NCBI RefSeq assembly: GCF_000008625.1
Contig: NC_000918.1
Location: 600,001-632,000, forward strand
Direction: 5' to 3'
Length of the DNA: 32,000 nucleotides
Origin: Aquifex aeolicus VF5
GTDB lineage: Bacteria > Aquificota > Aquificia > Aquificales > Aquificaceae
Shown here: positions 26,498-32,000 of the stretch, in pieces
Numbering within the stretch: the first letter of the stretch is position 1
Layout of the letters: the number at the start of each line of letters is the position of its first letter
The notes under the pieces: generated by a model
The model's database searches: none
What the model saw: the letters and a program-made list of their open reading frames with translations, nothing else
What the model was told of the DNA's origin: nothing
Made by a program: the position numbers and the translations under genes

Positions 26498-27073
26498 ATG
26501 TTGGAAAAGGTTAAGAAAATATTTAGGGAAAGTGCGGAGGTAAAACTCGCCTTCGTGGAGCTCTACGCCCAGCAAATTGTAGACGTTGCGGGAATAATAG
26601 CGACCGCCCTGAAAGACGGAAATAAAGTTCTCCTCTTCGGAAACGGAGGCAGTGCCGCGGACGCCCAGCACATAGCGGCGGAACTAGTGGGAAGGTTCAA
26701 AAAGGAGAGGAGACCGCTTCCCGCCATAGCACTCACCACGGACACGTCTATCCTCACAGCTCTCGGGAACGATTACGGCTTTGAGACGATATTTGAAAGA
26801 CAGGTGGAAGCCCTGTGTATGCCCGGAGACGTGGCTATAGGGATAACGACTTCCGGGAACTCTGAAAACGTTATAAGGGGTTTAAAAAAAGCCCACGACC
26901 TCGGAGCAACCACGATAGCCTTCACGGGAAGGAACGGCGGAAAAGTAGCCCAGATAGCCCACTACACATTCATAGTTCCCTCTTACGAGACTCAGAGGAT
27001 TCAGGAGTGTCACATAACCCTCGGACACGTTCTCTGTGAACTCGTTGAAGAGATGGTATGCGAAAGGTCCTAG
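26498..27073 (+). CDS. gmhA: Phosphoheptose isomerase
   Basis: 191 aa; LLFGNGGSAADAQHIAAELVGRFKKERRPLPAIALTTDTSILTALGNDYGFETIFERQVEAL, ITTSGNSENVI, ECHITLGHVLCELVE. Confidence 0.94.
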   Translation: MLEKVKKIFRESAEVKLAFVELYAQQIVDVAGIIATALKDGNKVLLFGNGGSAADAQHIAAELVGRFKKERRPLPAIALTTDTSILTALGNDYGFETIFERQVEALCMPGDVAIGITTSGNSENVIRGLKKAHDLGATTIAFTGRNGGKVAQIAHYTFIVPSYETQRIQECHITLGHVLCELVEEMVCERS

Positions 27074-27882
27074 TCTTTTTAAAGAATTCCAAAAAGGCAT
27101 TTGAGACTTTTAAAAGAGTTGAAAGAGTTTTAAAAGATTTAAACCTCAGCTACAAAAAGTTTATAAACAGGAAGGAACTTTTTAAAGTTTTAAAACCTAA
27201 GGATTATGAACTCTTTCTCGTTATAGGGGGAGATGGTACATTCTTGAGTGCCGCTCGCATCGCTTCGCGTTTCGGTGTTCCCCTTGTTGGTGTAAACGAA
27301 GGGAGGTTCGGTTTTCTCACAGAAATAAAGAAGGAAGAAATAAAAAAAGTTCTGCCGCTGGTACTGGAAGGAAGGGCGAAACTTCAGGAGAGGTTGATGA
27401 TAGACGTTTACCTGAGGAGCAGAAACAGGTTGAGGTATCTCGGGAATTACCTGAACGACGCCGTGATTTCAAAGAGCAGTATAGCGAGGATAATAAGGAC
27501 TAAGGTGTTTATAAATGGGGAGGAAGTTCTGGAGGTCTTCGGAGACGGTGTTATCCTTTCCACACCTACGGGTTCAACCGCCTACGCACTTTCCGCGGGA
27601 GGACCGATTGTTTACCCCGAATCTCAGAACTTACTCTTCGTTCCCATATGCCCCCATACGCTTTCAAACAGACCCCTCGTTCTTCCCTCTAAATTTGAAG
27701 TCAAGTTCAAAGTGGTTTCGGAAAATATGGAAGCCTTCTTGACCTTGGACGGTCAGGAGGGATTTCATCTAAAGAAGGGGGACGAGGTAATCGTTAAGCG
27801 TTCAAGGTACGTTTGCAGGATGTACTCCCATCCCCGTAAGTCCTTTTTCGGGATACTGAAAGAGAAGTTAAGATGGGGTTGA
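27058..27882 (+). CDS. nadK: NAD kinase
   Basis: 274 aa; VIGGDGTFLSAAR, GVNEGRFGFLTEI, NDAVISKSSIARI, FGDGVILSTPTGSTAYALSAGGPIV. Confidence 0.95.
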   Translation: MRKVLVFLKNSKKAFETFKRVERVLKDLNLSYKKFINRKELFKVLKPKDYELFLVIGGDGTFLSAARIASRFGVPLVGVNEGRFGFLTEIKKEEIKKVLPLVLEGRAKLQERLMIDVYLRSRNRLRYLGNYLNDAVISKSSIARIIRTKVFINGEEVLEVFGDGVILSTPTGSTAYALSAGGPIVYPESQNLLFVPICPHTLSNRPLVLPSKFEVKFKVVSENMEAFLTLDGQEGFHLKKGDEVIVKRSRYVCRMYSHPRKSFFGILKEKLRWG

Positions 27883-28611
27883 TAGCTTTTTAGACTTCCT
27901 GAGGTCGGAACCCTTTATAACGAGCAACTCGTTCATCTCGTAAATTTTTGAAACTACGTTTTCTCCGAGTCTGCTTGCAAGATCCGCACTTATCCTCACG
28001 CTACTCTCTTCTTCCCTCTGGAGTGAGTAATTCGTGGTTATTATCGTGCTCTTAAGGTTGTTATACCTGTAAGTGATTATGTAAGAGATGAGTTCCCTCT
28101 GCCAGTCACTGAGCCTCTCAGAACCGAGGTCGTCGAGAACCAAAACCGGTGAGTTTAAGACAGTTTTTAAAAACTTTGTATCCTTTCCCTCGTCCATTAA
28201 GTGTTTTAACCTGAATATTAGATCCTTCGTATCGAAGAAGTATCCTCTGATTCCCTTCTTCTCATAAATCGCTTTTAATGTTGCAACCGCAAGGTGAGTT
28301 TTGCCGACTCCAGGAGATCCTACAAAGGTAAGCCCTTTCCCTTCCTCGGGATTGAAGTTGTGGACGAAGACCCTTATCGTCAAAAGTGCCCTGTTCTGGG
28401 ATACGTTCTTGGGGTGGTAAGTGTCTAAGTTGGCGTTCCAGTACCTCTTTGGGATGTTTAGTTCCCTGTTTACATCCCTTTTCTTGAACCTGCATTCGCA
28501 GAGCCTTACCTTGTTGTCTTCGGTCTTTACGAATCCCGTCCCCTGACAAATACTGCAGGTAGCGGTATCTTGCATACTTTTAAATATCTGGTTTCGTAAG
28601 TTATTTTTCAA
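27868..28611 (-). CDS. dnaC: DnaC-type AAA+ replicative helicase loader
   Basis: 247 aa; N-terminal Cys cluster CSICQGTGF...CEC; Walker [12 protein letters not shown], Walker [11 protein letters not shown], sensor TTNY. Confidence 0.88.
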   Translation of the reverse strand: MKNNLRNQIFKSMQDTATCSICQGTGFVKTEDNKVRLCECRFKKRDVNRELNIPKRYWNANLDTYHPKNVSQNRALLTIRVFVHNFNPEEGKGLTFVGSPGVGKTHLAVATLKAIYEKKGIRGYFFDTKDLIFRLKHLMDEGKDTKFLKTVLNSPVLVLDDLGSERLSDWQRELISYIITYRYNNLKSTIITTNYSLQREEESSVRISADLASRLGENVVSKIYEMNELLVIKGSDLRKSKKLSTPS

Positions 28612-29369
28612 TCGTTACTTTTCCTCCCTTTCATAAACTCAACGAGTTCCAAGGGAAAGGGGAATATAACGGTCTTCGCGTTGTGTAGTCCTATAGTGTG
28701 TAGAGTTTCCAAGTACCTCAGTTGTATGGCTATCGGTTCCTGAGCTAGAATTCTCGCAGCTTCAAGGAGTTTTTGTGCAGCCTGGTATTCCGCCTCAGCG
28801 CTTATTATCTTAGCCCTCCTTTCCCTTTCCGCCTCAGCCTGCCTTGCAAGAGCCTTTCTCAGTTCTTCTGGAAGGTCTATTTTCTTGAGTTCAACCGCTA
28901 TAACCTTCACACCCCATGGATCCGTTTGCCTGTCTATAATTTCTTGAAGTTTCATATTTATCTTTTCCCTTTGAGACAGGAGTTCGTCCAGCTCCGCCTC
29001 ACCGCAGACACTCCTCAAAGTCGTCTGGGCGATCTGGGAAGTTGCGTAAAAGTAGTCTTCCACCTCGACAATAGCTTTTACAGGGTCAACAACCCTGAAG
29101 TAAACGACCGCGTCCACCTGAACGGTTACGTTGTCCTTCGTTATAACGTCCTGAGTGGGAACGTCCAGAGTTACCGTCCTCAGGGAAACCCTCACTATTC
29201 TATCTATAATCGGTATAACTATTATGAGACCGGGACCTTTAGCCCCTATTACCCTTCCGAGACGAAACACAACTGCCCTTTCGTACTCGGGAATTACTTT
29301 GATTGCTGAAGCCAAAAACAGCAGGACTAAGATCGCTATGAATATCGGCGGAAGAGGCAAAAATTCCAT
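28608..29369 (-). CDS. SPFH/Band-7 family protein (slipin/stomatin-like)
   Basis: 253 aa; one N-terminal [91 protein letters not shown]. Confidence 0.93.
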   Translation of the reverse strand: MEFLPLPPIFIAILVLLFLASAIKVIPEYERAVVFRLGRVIGAKGPGLIIVIPIIDRIVRVSLRTVTLDVPTQDVITKDNVTVQVDAVVYFRVVDPVKAIVEVEDYFYATSQIAQTTLRSVCGEAELDELLSQREKINMKLQEIIDRQTDPWGVKVIAVELKKIDLPEELRKALARQAEAERERRAKIISAEAEYQAAQKLLEAARILAQEPIAIQLRYLETLHTIGLHNAKTVIFPFPLELVEFMKGRKSND

Positions 29370-29377
29370 AATAGTAT

Positions 29378-30031
29378 TTAGATTAATTCAAGAATGTAAA
29401 AAGCCAAGGTTAAACACGTTATAAATATAACGAGCCCGTAAGCTTTGTAGAGCCAGACGTTAGTTCTATAAAAGCCCCTGTCTATTTGGCTTATGGTCCT
29501 GTAGAAGTTTGCGGTACCGAGCACGAGTGTTAAAACTCCTATACCGATAATGAAAGCACCTATGCTGAAGAGCTTTTCGTGGTGAACTCTTGTACTTATG
29601 TGAAGTATTCTGTCGAGCTGAACGAGGAAAAATTCAAACTTCTCTATAACGAAACCGAAAACAGTTATAGCTATAGCCGTTCTTATCCACGCGAGGAACG
29701 TCCTTTCGGCAGCCATGTAGATACGGGGGTCAACAACTTCCTTTGCGTCAACCTGTTCACCGCACTTTAAATAACTCATCGTTTTGTAGAAACTGAAGAG
29801 TCCTACAGCGGCTACTAAAGTAGCTATAACCGCAAGAGCTCCTGCTCCTGTTCTCAAGAATTCCGCTATATCACCCTTATTCATCATCTTCGCCACCCAC
29901 TCAATCTTTGTTAGTCCAAGAGCAAAACTGATAACCAGAATTGAAAAACGCAGTTGACTGAGGTAAGTCCTTTCCGTGGACATAAAAAGCCTTGGTTCCT
30001 GAAGGGGAGGTAATTTCTTATAAATGTCCAC
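29378..30031 (-). CDS. Membrane protein with two DUF202-type halves
   Basis: 217 aa; [31 protein letters not shown] and [31 protein letters not shown], each followed by further TMs. Confidence 0.8.
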   Translation of the reverse strand: MDIYKKLPPLQEPRLFMSTERTYLSQLRFSILVISFALGLTKIEWVAKMMNKGDIAEFLRTGAGALAVIATLVAAVGLFSFYKTMSYLKCGEQVDAKEVVDPRIYMAAERTFLAWIRTAIAITVFGFVIEKFEFFLVQLDRILHISTRVHHEKLFSIGAFIIGIGVLTLVLGTANFYRTISQIDRGFYRTNVWLYKAYGLVIFITCLTLAFYILELI

Positions 30032-30064
30032 AAAAACTTAATTATATCTTAAAATTTTTAAGTT

Positions 30065-30421
30065 ATGAAGAGAATGGCGGGAGTCCTCGGAGTAGTTCTC
30101 GGAGTCTTTGCCCTTTTCGGAAGCGGGAAGAGCGTAGATTACGGAGACTGGTGTCCCAAAGGAAAAAGCCTCGGGAAAGACATTTACGTTGAAGGTATAG
30201 TTGACTACGAAGGTAAGAACTGGTGTAAAGTTGTAGTAAGAACACCTTACTCAGTCACCGAAGTTTATTACACACCCGATGGCTCCGGAGAGAAGGTTGT
30301 AAAGTACAAGAACGGAAAAAAGATGGCTGAGATAGAGCTCGTGGAAAATCAGGTTTACCTGAGACTTTACGACAAAAATGGAAAAGTTGTTGAGGAGATA
30401 AAGTCGAGGGAAGAGTTTTAG
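30065..30421 (+). CDS. Small exported hypothetical protein
   Basis: 118 aa with hydrophobic N-terminal signal-like segment (MKRMAGVLGVVLGVFALFGSGKS), two Cys (GDWCPKG / KNWCKV), beta-rich remainder. Confidence 0.65.
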   Translation: MKRMAGVLGVVLGVFALFGSGKSVDYGDWCPKGKSLGKDIYVEGIVDYEGKNWCKVVVRTPYSVTEVYYTPDGSGEKVVKYKNGKKMAEIELVENQVYLRLYDKNGKVVEEIKSREEF

Positions 30422-30428
30422 AATGTAA

Positions 30429-31238
<810 letters not shown>

Positions 31239-31271
31239 ACCTTTGATAAGATAACTCTAAAGGAGGAGATT

Positions 31272-31529
31272 ATGGAAGAACAAAGATTTGTAGCAGTTCC
31301 TTTTGCGCTGGTGGGCTTTTTCGTAACAGACAGGGACGTTGAAGAGAGCATAAGGACGGACATGACTCCCGAGGAACTGGAAAAGCTTCAGGAACTCCTC
31401 GCAAGGTTCTTGTTTAAGGAAGGCGTCAGAGTGGCTATTTACCCTTCGGTGGTACCCCCTGAGCAAGCCTCAGAAGCCGTTAAGGAACTTGAACAATTAA
31501 TCTTCGGTGAGGAAGAGGGAGAAAAATGA
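31272..31529 (+). CDS. Small hypothetical protein upstream of dapB
   Basis: 85 aa, AAAGGAGGAG SD, 4 bp overlap with dapB; no family recognised. Confidence 0.6.
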   Translation: MEEQRFVAVPFALVGFFVTDRDVEESIRTDMTPEELEKLQELLARFLFKEGVRVAIYPSVVPPEQASEAVKELEQLIFGEEEGEK

Positions 31530-32000
31530 GCGTCAGGGTGGTAGTTTGTGGTGCCCTCGGTAGGATGGGAAGGAGGATAATAGAACTTGCACTTCAGGAT
31601 AAAGATGTGGAAGTAGTCGGAGGAGTTGAACATCCGGACTGCGTACCTTCAATAGATCTGGGAGAAGCCCTTGGAAAGGAAGAACTGAAAGGAAAACCTC
31701 TAACGAGCAGACTCGAAGAACTCCTTCCCTACACGGATGTGGTTATAGAGTTTTCGGGAAATCCCACCGCGGCTGTAGGGCACGCGGAGTTAACCACCCT
31801 TGAAAAGAAGGCGATAGTTATAGGAACTACTGGATTTACGAAACAGGAAATTGAACAGATAAAGGAGTTTTCAAAAAACGCTCCCGTTTTACTCTCACCC
31901 AATATGAGTTTGGGAGTAAACCTCCTCTTCAAACTCGCAGAAATCGCTGCAAAGGTTTTGAAAGACAAAAACTTTGACGCGGAAATAATGGAAATACACC
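31526..32000 (+). CDS. dapB: 4-hydroxy-tetrahydrodipicolinate reductase, N-terminal part (3' end outside window)
   Basis: ATG at 31526, open to window end: MSVRVVVCGALGRMGRRIIELALQDKDVEVVGGVEH...VVIEFSGNPTAAVGHAELTTLEKKAIVIGTTGFTKQEIEQI...VLLSPNMSLGVNLLFKL. Confidence 0.92.
   Translation, partial: MSVRVVVCGALGRMGRRIIELALQDKDVEVVGGVEHPDCVPSIDLGEALGKEELKGKPLTSRLEELLPYTDVVIEFSGNPTAAVGHAELTTLEKKAIVIGTTGFTKQEIEQIKEFSKNAPVLLSPNMSLGVNLLFKLAEIAAKVLKDKNFDAEIMEIH

Overview
This 32 kb window looks like chromosomal DNA from a hyperthermophilic Aquificales bacterium, most likely Aquifex aeolicus. That assignment rests on the protein family mix and codon style, not on a search. Genes are packed very tightly and are mostly housekeeping. 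No CRISPR array, prophage or transposon is visible. Recognisable genes include rpsU, nadC, tRNA-Leu(UAA), mnmE, rho, rpmE, prfA, minE/minD/minC, dxs, reverse gyrase, a DUF2267 protein, a MEMO1-family protein, ppx/gppA, fabD, a DUF89 protein, queA, a polyprenyl synthase, tRNA-Arg(CCG), iscU, a PP-loop thiolase-like gene, tusA-like, DUF1858, nfu-like, aroE, tadA, a sensor histidine kinase, phoU, gmhA, nadK, a dnaC-type helicase loader, a slipin, a duplicated DUF202 membrane protein, ispE and dapB (partial). The most notable locus is the PIN-domain ORF at 7507-8085. It matches the RNA-free minimal RNase P (HARP, Aq_880 type) and is already described in the literature as I recall it. Less explained observations are: (1) a PP-loop sulfurtransferase-like gene split by a -1 frame change inside an Fe-S/sulfur-carrier operon; (2) a histidine kinase ATPase domain broken by a single in-frame TAA; (3) tRNA-Leu placed 7 nt upstream of the nadC start with no Shine-Dalgarno; (4) repeated convergent gene-end overlaps, two of which use a palindromic TTAA as the stop on both strands; (5) an orphan FtsL-like small protein; and (6) a tightly coupled DUF202-slipin-DnaC cluster.
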